The notes below the pieces were generated by a model that had not been told where the DNA came from, did not search any database, and saw only the letters and a program-made list of their open reading frames with translations. The translations under genes were made by a program, and so were the position numbers. From NCBI GenBank assembly GCA_963782055.1, contig CAWAIF010000003.1, positions 4,288,001 through 4,352,000 on the forward strand: DNA of 64,000 nt, read 5' to 3'. Shown here piece by piece: positions 8,613 through 24,100 of the stretch. The stretch's first letter is position 1. Each line of letters starts with the position of its first letter. This stretch comes from an uncultured delta proteobacterium (lineage in GTDB: Bacteria; Myxococcota_A; Polyangia; Polyangiales; Polyangiaceae).

Positions 8613-11108
8613 CTACTCGATGAAACTCACGAACCCGTTGGCGCGCAGGCGCTTCTGCATTCGCCACAGCTTCGCTGCGGTTCGCGGGAGGAGAGGCGCC
8701 TCGCCGTTGGCGGAATGTAGCGCGCCTTTTGCGACGCTCCACGAATCGAGGTCGTGCCCTTCGGCCGCGCCGGAGCCAATCGCTACGACGAACACACGGC
8801 GGAGCACTGCATCGAGCTCCGCCTGCGTGCCGTTCAGCTTCGGAAGTACCTTCGCGAGGACAGCAATGTCGAACGCAGCGAGGAGAGCCTCGTCGCTGGC
8901 GCTCGTCTGCTCCGCGGCAAGCACAGCGAATCGGGCGATCTCACGTGCGACGCGGTAGCCGAAGTGACGGTTGTCCTCCACGAGGGCAGCATGGACGGTG
9001 GCAAGGAGCTTTCGAAGCCTTCCTTCGCAGAGCGCCTCGAAGCGCGACCACTCTTCATCGGTCGCGCGGCCTAGCAGCTTGAGGCCACCCGACAACTTCG
9101 ATAGCGCCAGCGGTGTCGAGGCCGGGTCCTCGCTCGCCGCTCTTCCCGAGAGAAGGTCGAGGTCGACGTCGTTGAACTCCAGCACGAAGGCCCGGTCGAG
9201 CACCTTCGGGCTGAACATGTAGGTGGTCTCGTCGACGTTGACGGTTCCGACGACGAAGAGGTTCGACGGCAGCGCCAGGCGTCGAGGGATCTCCTCGTCG
9301 ACGTCCTCGTCGTCGTGAAGCGCCAGCTCCTCGCCCGACTCCATCGCCGAGAGAAAGTCGGAGAAGTAGTGCTCGACGCGGGCGAGGTTCATTTCGTCGA
9401 AGATCAAGAAGAATGGGCGCGGCGCACGTCCCTCGGCTGCAGCGAGGGAGACCTCCTCTTGTGCGCGCATGACGAGGTCGAGCGTTGGGGTCGAGGCGTA
9501 GGCGCGCGTCAGCGGGTTGTAGAAGCCGAGGAGCGCTCGGGAGTCCGTCCAGTCGGGCCGGACGGCGACGAGCTCGTACGTAGGCGAGAGAACGGTCGAC
9601 GCCGTTGCGGCGCGATCCGCGACGAGCACCTCCTTGCCGTCGATCGTCTCGCGCCGTAACGACAGCCGATCGCCGGCCGACAACGTCGTCTGGAAGGTGC
9701 GCTTGCCGTCCCCGCTCAACAGCACGATGAGGAGGTTCGGCCGGGCCGGGTCCTTGTAGACCGACATCGACTCGACTTGCCTCCCGAGGAGACGAACGTC
9801 GATGCGTCGCCCCTCTCCGGTGAGCGCGTCGAACTCCTTTGCGAGTGTCGCTGGTACGACGAATCGGCCTCGCTTGAGCATGTCCGGGGCGAGCACCTTC
9901 TCCGCGCCGTCGGTCTCACCGTTCGTGGTACGCGGCGAGAACAGCCTGGCCACCTCCAACGCCAACTGAGTCTTTCCAGTTCCGGAGATGCCGGTCAGGA
10001 GGACGAACCTCCGTGCCTGAAGCGCGAGGAGGTACGATGCGAGAAGCTCGGCAGGGAACGAGAGAGAACGACTCTCGAGTTGCGCGATGACGCCGTCGAA
10101 GTCGATCCCTCCCGAAGGCGCGGCAACGGGCGTGGGCGCGTCCACGACAACCGCACTCGCTTGGGGTGCCTGCGCCAGGGTGTTGAACGTGCTCTCGGTC
10201 AGCCGAACGAGTGTTCGTCGCCAGCCGGGCATGTCCACGACGCGGGGCTCCGCGTCGTCCCAGCGGACAGGAAGTCGATGCGGGTACTCGGACCCCGAAA
10301 CGAACTGGTACGGCCCGGTCACGGTGCCGATCCCGAGCACGCGCTTCGTGCCGGCGTTCGCGACGATCCTGTCGCCGACTCGGATGTTCCTGAACTTCCA
10401 GGCTTGGGCTACCCCTCCGCCCCAGTCATGGTCTTTCCTCGCCGCCGCCGCGCGTCGGTCGAACTCGGCCTCGTCGATCCCCGACAGATCGCCGAGTTCC
10501 TTCCAGCCGATGAGAATCACCTGCTTCTCACGGCACGTTGGCCATTCGCCGCCGACTTCACCAGGCGAGATCTTCCAGTACGAAGGCCCGTCACGCGGCC
10601 CATCGTCGTCGCTGGCCTCGTCGGGCTCGCCGTCCACCGCACCGCCGGCCGCGTCAGCCTGATACCGAAGGGTCAGCGCGTGGACGACTTGCTCCGCGAA
10701 AGGTTGGATGTCGTCATCGGGGAGAGGAAGGATGAGCGAGTCGGCGCCCGCGAGGCGGATGAACTCCGCCTTCCGCTTGGCATTGTCGCCGCTCTGCTTC
10801 GTCGGATTGTAACGCCAGACGAGGTTCGCGCCGTTGTGGCGGCTCGTCCCGAGCATCGGAGAGCCCTTGCGCTTCTCCATGACGAAGAGCTGGAAGTTCT
10901 GCTGGCGCGTGTCGGAACCGGAAACGAGGCTCACGTAGAACGGTCGCAGGCCCGACACGCTCACCTTGAACGACCCGATTAGCACCGGCCGATCGGCGAC
11001 GAAGACAAAGTCGCGCGCGTCCGCATTCTGCAGCTCCTCGACTCCCGCGGCCTTCGAGACCGCGCGTCGGAACCGCTCGCCAAGATCTCTTGCTTGTCTC
11101 TCGTCCAT
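8613..11108 (-). CDS. McrB-like AAA+ GTPase (NxD type) with extra N-terminal domains and an internal insert
   Basis: GISGTGKT, VRPDWTD, FDEMNLARVEHYFSDFLS, GTVNVDETTYMFSPKVLDRA; EVE/PUA-like segment YWKISPG...GDRIV...GIGTV. Confidence 0.9.
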   Translation of the reverse strand: MDERQARDLGERFRRAVSKAAGVEELQNADARDFVFVADRPVLIGSFKVSVSGLRPFYVSLVSGSDTRQQNFQLFVMEKRKGSPMLGTSRHNGANLVWRYNPTKQSGDNAKRKAEFIRLAGADSLILPLPDDDIQPFAEQVVHALTLRYQADAAGGAVDGEPDEASDDDGPRDGPSYWKISPGEVGGEWPTCREKQVILIGWKELGDLSGIDEAEFDRRAAAARKDHDWGGGVAQAWKFRNIRVGDRIVANAGTKRVLGIGTVTGPYQFVSGSEYPHRLPVRWDDAEPRVVDMPGWRRTLVRLTESTFNTLAQAPQASAVVVDAPTPVAAPSGGIDFDGVIAQLESRSLSFPAELLASYLLALQARRFVLLTGISGTGKTQLALEVARLFSPRTTNGETDGAEKVLAPDMLKRGRFVVPATLAKEFDALTGEGRRIDVRLLGRQVESMSVYKDPARPNLLIVLLSGDGKRTFQTTLSAGDRLSLRRETIDGKEVLVADRAATASTVLSPTYELVAVRPDWTDSRALLGFYNPLTRAYASTPTLDLVMRAQEEVSLAAAEGRAPRPFFLIFDEMNLARVEHYFSDFLSAMESGEELALHDDEDVDEEIPRRLALPSNLFVVGTVNVDETTYMFSPKVLDRAFVLEFNDVDLDLLSGRAASEDPASTPLALSKLSGGLKLLGRATDEEWSRFEALCEGRLRKLLATVHAALVEDNRHFGYRVAREIARFAVLAAEQTSASDEALLAAFDIAVLAKVLPKLNGTQAELDAVLRRVFVVAIGSGAAEGHDLDSWSVAKGALHSANGEAPLLPRTAAKLWRMQKRLRANGFVSFIE

Positions 11109-11115
11109 GCTCGCT

Positions 11116-11901
11116 CTACCCCCGACCCGCAGCAATGCCCTTGAAGACTCTTTCGCGATGCCACGGCAGGTATGCGCGGTGACTATCGTTGAGTCCGTGG
11201 ACCCTCAGCGAGGCGTCGAGACCGAGGAGCTGCCGGTCGTGGCTCTCGAGCGCGGACGACACGACCACCGCGCCGTCGTCCGCTAGGGAGATGAATCCGC
11301 GGTCAAAGGCTGCGTCGAGATGCGGAGCGAGCAGCACGCCGTTGAACACGTCGAGCCTCTCGGCGTCGCTCGCGCAGTCGGCCCACGGCTTGATGTGGCT
11401 CGCGCGGAGGAGTTCGGGAACGGCGAGGCCGGTGATCGCGCAGCGACCCTCCCAGTATTCGAGGAGCCCCTGTCGGAAGACGCCCTGCCCGACGCGCTGG
11501 ACGACCAGCCGTTCCGCCTCGGTGTTCCGTGGCAGCGAGACGGTCTGCTTCTCGAACGTGTGGAGCAGCTCGTCGGGAAGCGTCTTACTGAGCTGGTACG
11601 CGCGCCGGAGCAGACGGTGGAGCTCCGGAATGCTGGTAACGGTTCGACCCCCGAAAGCGCCCTTGGGGAGGGGGGCCGCCATCGGTGTGCCGTACTGCCC
11701 GAGGGCGCGCGTGACGTTTTGCTGCGAGAAGGTCGCGAGGAATACCGCATCGCCGAATGTGCCGAGCCAGATGCGGAGCGGGCACTGCGTGCTCGCGAAA
11801 GCGAGCCAGTCGCCCTCACGTGGGAGTTCCTGGTCGAAGCCGTTGTCCGTCGCCGCCTTCTCGAGGCGCGAGAGGATCATAGGCGAGAGCGCGGTGGTCA
11901 C
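11116..11901 (-). CDS. HNH endonuclease (HNH_2 type)
   Basis: RVGQGVFR...CAITG...LRASHIKPW...NGVLLAPHLDAAFDRGFI. Confidence 0.9.
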   Translation of the reverse strand: MTTALSPMILSRLEKAATDNGFDQELPREGDWLAFASTQCPLRIWLGTFGDAVFLATFSQQNVTRALGQYGTPMAAPLPKGAFGGRTVTSIPELHRLLRRAYQLSKTLPDELLHTFEKQTVSLPRNTEAERLVVQRVGQGVFRQGLLEYWEGRCAITGLAVPELLRASHIKPWADCASDAERLDVFNGVLLAPHLDAAFDRGFISLADDGAVVVSSALESHDRQLLGLDASLRVHGLNDSHRAYLPWHRERVFKGIAAGRG

Positions 11902-13899
11902 AGGTCCACCCGGAAAAAACGCGTCTCGTCAGACCGCGCGCTGAGCTCGACTCGGACGCGTTCGCGAATCTCGCCCCCGGGCGGCTCGGTCGTCGTCGTC
12001 ACGATGTACTGGAACGGGGCCGTTTCCTCGTCGGGACCGAGCGCCAATGCGGTCTCGAAGAGGCGCGCGTAGGTCCACGGATTGAGGTCGCCCTCGCGCG
12101 GGCTGTCGTGAAGGAGGAAGGCGGGCGCCGAGGACGTTCCCTCGACCGCGCAGAGCAGAGCGGCGAGGTCGAAGAGCACGAGCCGGAGGGAATTCAGCGC
12201 CACCGACCGTCGGCGACCGCGCCACTGGATGTGCGCGTGGAGTCCCTTGCCGTCGAGGGTGACCTCGCCCTTTGCCTCCTTCGCGACGACCTGCTTCACG
12301 AGCGCGTCGAACCACTTGGTGAGCTCGCCGGTCGAGTACGTGCTCAGGTGTTCGTTCTTCTGTTCAGCGATGAGCTTCTCGGCGTCCTTCGCCTTCCTCT
12401 CGGCGGCGCGCGCATCTTTGAGCGCCTTCACCGCCGCAACGAAGTTCCGTAGCGTTCCCTTCGCGGCCCACGCGGCTTGGCTCTCTTCGGTGGCCCGCGT
12501 GATCGCGAGCTGGTGGGCTTCCACGGCGCGTTCGAGGTTCGTGATTCTGGTGTTCAGCCCCGCGCGCTGGCCCTTCAGCTTCGCGAGCTTGTCGGCGTTC
12601 GACGCGACCTCGTCGGCGACCTTCTTCTGGTGCGCGTCGCTCTCCTGCGCAAGCTTCCTCGCCGCGTCGGGATCGGGGAGCTTCGGCATCGGGCACACGA
12701 ACTTCGCCTTGTTGACATCGAGAGGAGTGTCGTCGTAGGGGCACGTCGGGTGCTTCGCCTGTCGAAGAGCCGCCCAAGCTTTGGCGTTGTCCGTCGCGAC
12801 CAGTCCCAATTGCTCCTTGCCGCATTTGACTTCGTCAACGACGTCGGTGATGCGCTGCTCAACCTCGGCAAGCTCAGCGCGCGTGGCTTCGAGAGCCTGC
12901 TCGTCTGCCTTCTGCGCCGTCGTGATCTCGACGGCGGTCGTGCTGCGGAGCCGTTTCTCGACGGCGGCTTCAAGGGCTCGCACGTGAGCGTCGTGCGCGG
13001 CCTGCTCGTCCTCCAGTGCCTGTTCCGGCGGTGGTGGTGGCGGCCAGATTGTTGACTCGTCCCTCTGAAGTGCCGCTGCGACGTCTCGGCGTAGCACCTT
13101 GAAGCGCTCATCGGCTTGGCGTGCCTCCGAGTCGGCGGTGCTCGCCGCTTGCGACGCACCCGCCGCCTGCTTGCGGGCGATGTTCGATTGCGCCGAGTAG
13201 AGGCCAACCGCCATGCGGAGCACGTTCAACCGCGTCTCCGAAGCAGCCTTGCGAACCGGCGAGTGGGAGCTGGATTCGGGATGCCGCCAGTGGGTCAGTC
13301 CGTCGAGCCGACACTCTTGGTCCCGTGTGAGCCATGCCAGCACGTACTGCCAGGGGATCTCGATGTCCGAGAGCTCCTTCAGCAACTCGCGGTGCGCATC
13401 GGTGAACGCGACGACCTCGAGCGCTTCGCGGAACGCGCCGAACGAGCCCCGGTGGGTGTCATCGGCGAGGGCGTCGAGGCTCTCAGCTCGTAGCGCTCGG
13501 TCATCGGCACGCGCAGCGAAGGCACGGCGTACCACCCACGTCTCGCCGCAGAGGCGAACCTCGGCGCCGACGCCGCCGTCGGGGAAGCGAGTACGGATGC
13601 CTGCCGTGTCCTCGGGATCAGCGAAAGTATCCTCACCGAGGCAGTAGCGAATCTGTCGACAGAGCAGAGTTTTCCCTGCCGCGTGGCCCGTCGAGACCTG
13701 GTCGGCGGTCGGGCCCGCAGGCGACGCCACGATGTTCAGCCCACGGCGGAAAGGGATGTTGCGGCCATGCTCAGGGGCGTCGTCGGTGAAGTCGTGCCAC
13801 AGGCGCAGGCGCTTGACCCAGAGACGCGGTTCCACGAGTCCGGCGCCGGGCTTCAAATCCGGTGCAGGCCACCGGAGGTCCAGTGTGTCGCGGTCCCGT

Positions 13900-13910
<11 letters not shown>
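11898..13910 (-). CDS. SMC/Rad50-like coiled-coil ABC ATPase (ABC-three-component / Lamassu LmuB-like)
   Basis: GLNIV...GHAAGKTLLCRQIRYCLG (Walker A); long coiled coil with central Cys pair; C-terminal FLLHDSPREGDL (Walker B) and FQYIVTTT. GTG start at 13910 follows GGAG. Confidence 0.8.
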
Positions 13911-18414
<4,504 letters not shown>

Positions 18415-18416
18415 GG

Positions 18417-21189
18417 TCAGTCCACCCTCGGCAGGAGCACGAAGAGGCCGATCACGTCGGCGGGAAGTAACGCCTTCACGCTGTAGCTTCCTCGCGCATC
18501 CGCGGCCTCGCGCACGCGCCGATGGTCGGCGAGCAGCGCCTGTGCGCGGCGCTCGGCGAAGGCGTCGAGCTCAGGAACGCGTGTCTCGATGTGGGCGAGG
18601 GCTTGCTGCACGGCGCGCTCGCGCACGTGCGACGGCGGGTCCACCGCGGGGGGCGGCGCCAGGAGCGCCAGCGCCTCGGCGCCCTCGAGCGGCGTGGGCG
18701 AACTGCCAGTCCAGGCGAGCGCCGTCGCTTCTTCGACAAGCAACGTCGAGGTCCTGCCTGCACGCTGGCTCACGAGCTGATGTCGGAGGCGTAGTAGCGC
18801 GACGACGGTGCGACCGGTCACTTCCGCCGAGGTCCAGCAGCCGACCCGCCCGAGAACGCCGGGATCACTCTCCGCATCCTCCACGCTGCCGCCGAGCGTG
18901 CGTTCGAGCAGCGTCTCCGCGAGCACCGAGATCAGCGGGTGGCTCCGCTGCACCGAACGACAGCGCGGCGCAGGGGGATACGCGAAGTCGATGAGGATCG
19001 AGCCCGTGAGCCCTTCGGACTCCAGGCGCTCGCGCACGTCGTCAGGCAGCGCACCAAGTGGGGCCTTGAAGCCTCGGCGCAGCGCCTCGAGTCCAGAGCC
19101 GAGCCTGGCAAGCGCGCGCCCCGCGAAGCGCTGTACATCCTCGCGCCCGCCCACGGCCACGAGCGACTTGTGCCACTCGGGCAGTACGTCCTCCGGCTTG
19201 AGCCTGCGCTGCGCGAACACGGTTCGGTTCTTCTTCGCTTTCTCCGCTGCGTCCTTCCAGCTCTCGTCAAATAGCTGGAGCTGCTTCATGTTCGCGGCGT
19301 CGCCGCCGCGACGCTTGAGGAGCACCGCCTTGAGGAGCACTTGCGTGAGCACGACGCCGTCGTCGGGCACCGGAACCGGCACGCCGAGCTCCTCGCGGAT
19401 CTTGGCGGCTTTTCGCAAGATGACGTCCAGCACCGCGCCGTCGACGGGGTTGTTCGCCCCATACATCAGAGTCGCGCGCACGACGGGCCGCTCCTGACCG
19501 AAGCGGTCGACGCGGCCCTCACGCTGCTCGTGGCGCGTGGGGTTCCAGGACAGATCGTAGTGCACGACCGCGTCGAAGTGCTCTTGGAGGTTGACCCCTT
19601 CGGAGAGGCAGTCCGTTGCGACGAGCACCCGGCGCTCGGCGTCGCCGAGAAGGTCGACCTTCTCCTTGCGCTCGTCCGAGGTCAGCTCGCCGGTGACCAC
19701 ACTCACCGTGACGTTCTTGAACTTCCCCTCGAGCTGGCGCCCGAGGTAGTGCGCGGTCGCGATGTAGCGGCAGAACACGACGGGGTTGAAGCCGTCGGCG
19801 ACGAGCTCGCTCAGATGGTCCGTGAGCACTTTGAGCTTGGGATCGCCTGACTGCCCCGCGAGGCGCTCAGCCTGTGCAATCGAGATCGTTGAGCGCGGGA
19901 TCGTCCGTGCCCGCTGGCGGCTCGACATCATCGTCGGGGAGCGCGTCGGCTGCGCCGTCGAACACTCGGCTCTCCAAGGCATCGACGTCCTCGTCCTCCT
20001 CGATGCCAGCGCGGGTGCGCAGGGCCTGCACGGCCGCTGCGGGGCTCGAGGCCACGCAGCGCATCAGGGCGAGTGTGCCCCAAAAGTTTAGCCGCTGGCG
20101 CCGCTCGTCGCCCCCCGCCGACTCGACCACCGCAGCGCAGTAGTCGAGGACCGCGTCGAAGAACTTCTCCCAGGCGCCCGTGAGCTTGTACGTAAGCTCC
20201 TTGGTCTCGCGTCGCGGGAAGAGGTTGCCCTCTTTCCACTCGGCGATGTCGGGCCGACGGCGCTGCACGAAGTGCCGCGAGAGTCTGTCGCGGAGGCTGT
20301 CTCGCTCGGGACCGCTCGCGTCCGCCAGCTTCGCGAAGTCTCGATCAAGCAGCCCGAGCAGTCGAAAGAACGCGGCCTCATCGCCGCTGTGCGGGGTGGC
20401 GGTAAGCATCACGAGGTGCCGCGTGGGCGACTCCGTGAGCCCCTTCAGGAGCTCGTAGCGCTGATGGCGCCCCTGACCGGTGGCCGCGCAGGTGTGCGCC
20501 TCATCGACGATCACGAACTCCGGGCACGCGCGCAAGAACTCGGCGCGACGCCGCTCGCTCTTGATGTAGTCGAGGCTCACCACCGTGTGCGGGCACGCCG
20601 AGAAGATGCTCTCGCTCGGCGGCAGGCTTCGCTCGAGTCGGTTCGCACTCGCGGCGGTGACGGCGACCGGGTGGATGTGGAAGCGTGCCTCGAGCTCACC
20701 CACCCACTGGTCGACCAGGTGTGGCGGACACAGCACCGCGAGGCGCTCGATGTCGCCACGGTCGAGCAGCTCGCGGGCAATCAGCGCTGCCTCGATCGTC
20801 TTGCCGACGCCCACATCGTCGGCAATGAGCAACCGCACCGGATCGAGCTTCAGCGCCATCAGCAACGGCACCAGCTGGTAGGCGCGCGGCTCGACGGCGA
20901 TTTGACCGAATCCACGGAAAGGTCCGGCGCCGCGCCGTAGGGAAAGCAAGAGGGCGTCGCGCAGCAGCAGCGCCGCGTCGTGTCCCGCCTTCTGTCGCGG
21001 ATCGGGGCGTGGGAAGGTGGCTTCGGTCACCGGCTCGGCCTCGAGGGCGACATGGATGAGCGTCTGGTCCTCTTCAGAGCCGGACACGGGGCGCACGCGC
21101 AGCGTCTCCCGATCGCTGCCCGTGAGCACGATCCACTCGCGACCGCGCGCGCGGACAAGACTTCCAGGTGAATAGCTCACGTCACTCAT
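18417..21189 (-). pseudogene. SNF2-family helicase (DrmD-like), split by a single +1 frameshift near 19881 (or a sequencing error)
   Basis: IADDVGVGKT, DEAH, LTATPH in ORF 19867-21189; SEGVNLQ and EQREGRVDR in ORF 18417-~19880. Removing one base restores ...DDPALNDL-IAQAERL... Confidence 0.85.
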
Positions 21190-24100
21190 GCCGGACGCCC
21201 CAGCGCCTTGGCTAGGCGATCGAGTGAATTGGTCCACGCAGCTTCGTCGCCACCGAAGGTGATGACCTCGAAGCCCTTGTCCTCCAGCTGACTCGCGACG
21301 TCCGGGAGCAATGCCTCGACCAGCGCCGCGACGTAGTGGCTGCGCCAGACAAGCGGCACGTGAACCTCGCCAACGACGAGCGGTTCCGCGTCGGAGGATG
21401 GAAGCTCGCGCGAGCGCGCGAGGTCGAGGAAGCGGACGAGCGAATCGTCCGCGCCTGCCGGTCGGGGGCGCGAGCTTCGGCGCGACACGGGCGGGGCGTC
21501 CAGCCCGGTGGTCGCGGAGCGCGCGAGCCGCAAGAGCAACGACTTTGCGTCGGCGTCACGACGATCGATGCGCTCGTGATCGGGCTGATTGAAGTAGGAC
21601 ATGAGGCACCGATAGCAAGCGGCGACGCACGCGGTGTCGGGAGCGTCGACGAGGTCGTGGGGATCCGCCGGGAGGCTCGCGTCGTCGGTCACCGCAAAGT
21701 GCATGATGGAGAGCGCCTCGCGCGCAACCTCGGCCAGGCGCTCAGGCTCGGCGACGAGCCGCGTGAGCACGCCTGCGCCGCCCTCGGTCGCCTCGTACAA
21801 GAGGAAGCCGCTGCGCTCGTCGCGCGTGGGCATCGGCTCAGCGAGGATCTCACCCTCCTCGAGCTGGAAGACCGCCTCGATGCCGCGCAGGAGCGCGTGC
21901 TGCACCGTTGCCAACGTGGACTGCGACAGCTCCTGCCCGGTGGGCTGCAGCAAGAGCGCGTTCTTGCGGTCCTGCACGCTCGGCACGATCCACTGGCGCG
22001 GCGATGCAGTCGGATCGATGGGTTCGTCGCTCTCGTCCTCGTTCTTCGCCCAGTAGCCCGAGACCGGGTCGATGTTGAAGCCGAACTGAGTGCGGTTGGC
22101 CCGGCGGCGCAGACCCTTATTGAGGCGAGTGATCGTCGCACCCGGGCCGTACGCCAGGCGCAAGATCTCGCCCTCCGCGTCAGCGGCTGCGCCGCGGCGC
22201 ACGTCGACGACGTGATCTCGCACCGCCCACTCGAAGGTGGTCTGTAGCTCGTAGCCTTGCCGCTGCCGCTCCTCGTCGTTCGCGGTGATGCGCTCGGCAG
22301 GCTGCGTAGCGACGTTCTCGATGCGATAGACGTGGTTCACGATCTCGGCGTCGCCGAGCGAGGCACCGCAGGCGTGACACATCGAGGCCTGGTCGTTGAA
22401 GTGCCCGGCGCCGCAGCCCTTACAGATGCGGACTGACTTCGTGGGCAGCCGCGTGTCCGGTGTCGCGCTCCCCTGATGGCTGAGCGAAAGGAGCGCGCGC
22501 ACGACGCGGTAGGCTCGGCCCTCGTGGTAGACGAGGCTGCGTGGGCCAAACTCCGAAAGCGCCAGGAAGCGCGGGCGCTGCAGGTACGTCTGGCGACCTC
22601 GCCCGTCGTTCGTCGCCGGCACGTACGCCATGAGCGGAAGGCGCGGGAAGTTGTAGCCCGGCAGGAAGCCCTCCGTGGCGAGGTAGCGATACGTGTAGAA
22701 GTCATTCGACTGGCTACTCGTGCCCTTCTGAAGCAGCTCGAGCTGATCTCGCGCCTGCAAGTACCGACTCTTGGCGGCCTTCTTCTCGGCCGGTGGCGCG
22801 GAGTAGTCGCTCTCGGTACGGTGTGCCGCGTCGCGCTGTTGCTCCGCGGCGAGGAAGAGATCACGCCAGCGGCTGAATGCTTTGTCGAATCTGTTGACCG
22901 CTTGCGCCACGACCTCGGTCGCGAACTCATCGCGCCCGGGGTACCAGGGCGCGAGCTCCTCCCTCAGGTCGTCCTCAAGCAGGTCGAGCACGCGACGGAT
23001 GCGCCGCACAGCCTCCTCGGCAGCGCGCGCCGTGCTCATCGGGGCCCTCACCTCGGGCTTCAGCGGCCGGGTGGGCTCGGCCAGCACCAGCAGCTCGGCG
23101 ATCGAAGGATCGAGCGGCTCCTCGGTGCACGCGAGCCACACCGCGGAGAGATGGCTCTCGACGAGATCCCGGTTCGCGAGGTCGAGGAGCGGCGGCCGCA
23201 CTTCGCCGTGCACCATGCCCTTCGGATCCCGGAAGAAGTACTGGTCGTGCGGCCCTTGCGACGAGCAATAGGTGAGGACGAGGGCCGCCTGGCCGCTGCG
23301 GCCGGCACGACCGCTGCGCTGGGCGTAGTTCGCCGGCGTCGGCGGCACGTTGCGCAGGTACACGGCGTTAAGCGCCGAGATGTCGACTCCGAGCTCCATT
23401 GTCGGGGAGCAGAAGAGGACCGGCAGGAAACGGTTGGCCTCGCCGATCTCGCGCAGGTGCTTCTCGTCCGCGGCTAGCTCCTCTCGTTCCTTACCACCGT
23501 AGCGGAAGCGCTTCTCGCGCACCGCGCGCTTCTCGCCGTCGACCTGCGCTGTGTGCTCACGCGCCTCGAAACCGAAGAGCGGATGCACAGGGTCGCGCAG
23601 CAGGCGTGCGAGGTTCGCGTAGAAGTCGCGAAAGAACGCGCTCTCGTTCGGGTGCTTCGGGTCGATCGTCGGTGTGCCCTTCTTGAAGAGCACGCACGCG
23701 TCGTTAAGGCGCCAGCCGGTCTGGTTGCTGAATGGCGTGACCTCCTCCGAGATGAGCCCGTGCGTGGACGCGGCGCGGAGGAGCGCCTCGATGAGCGCGT
23801 CGAACTCCTTGGACTTCAGCGCGCGCACCGCGGTGCTGTCGTCCCACAGCTTACGGCCGCTCGGTGAGGTCGAGGCACGCAGCAGCTTGCCGAGTGCGCT
23901 ACGTGAGCCGCCGCGCACTATCAGGTCCTCGTCGCGCAGGGTCGTGTCCCGACGCGAAGGTGGCGTGATCATGAGCCAGCGCGCGCGACTCGGCTTCTCG
24001 TCGATGCCGAAGCCCCACGGGGCGCGCAGCCGGCTGTGCGACTTTGCGACGATCTGTTCGATCGAGGTCGGCTCCAGAACTTGGCTGCGGATCGCCATCC

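Noticed and set aside
19860..19900. Programmed ribosomal frameshift or phase variation in SNF2
   Set aside because: No slippery heptamer, homopolymer or short tandem repeat at the site
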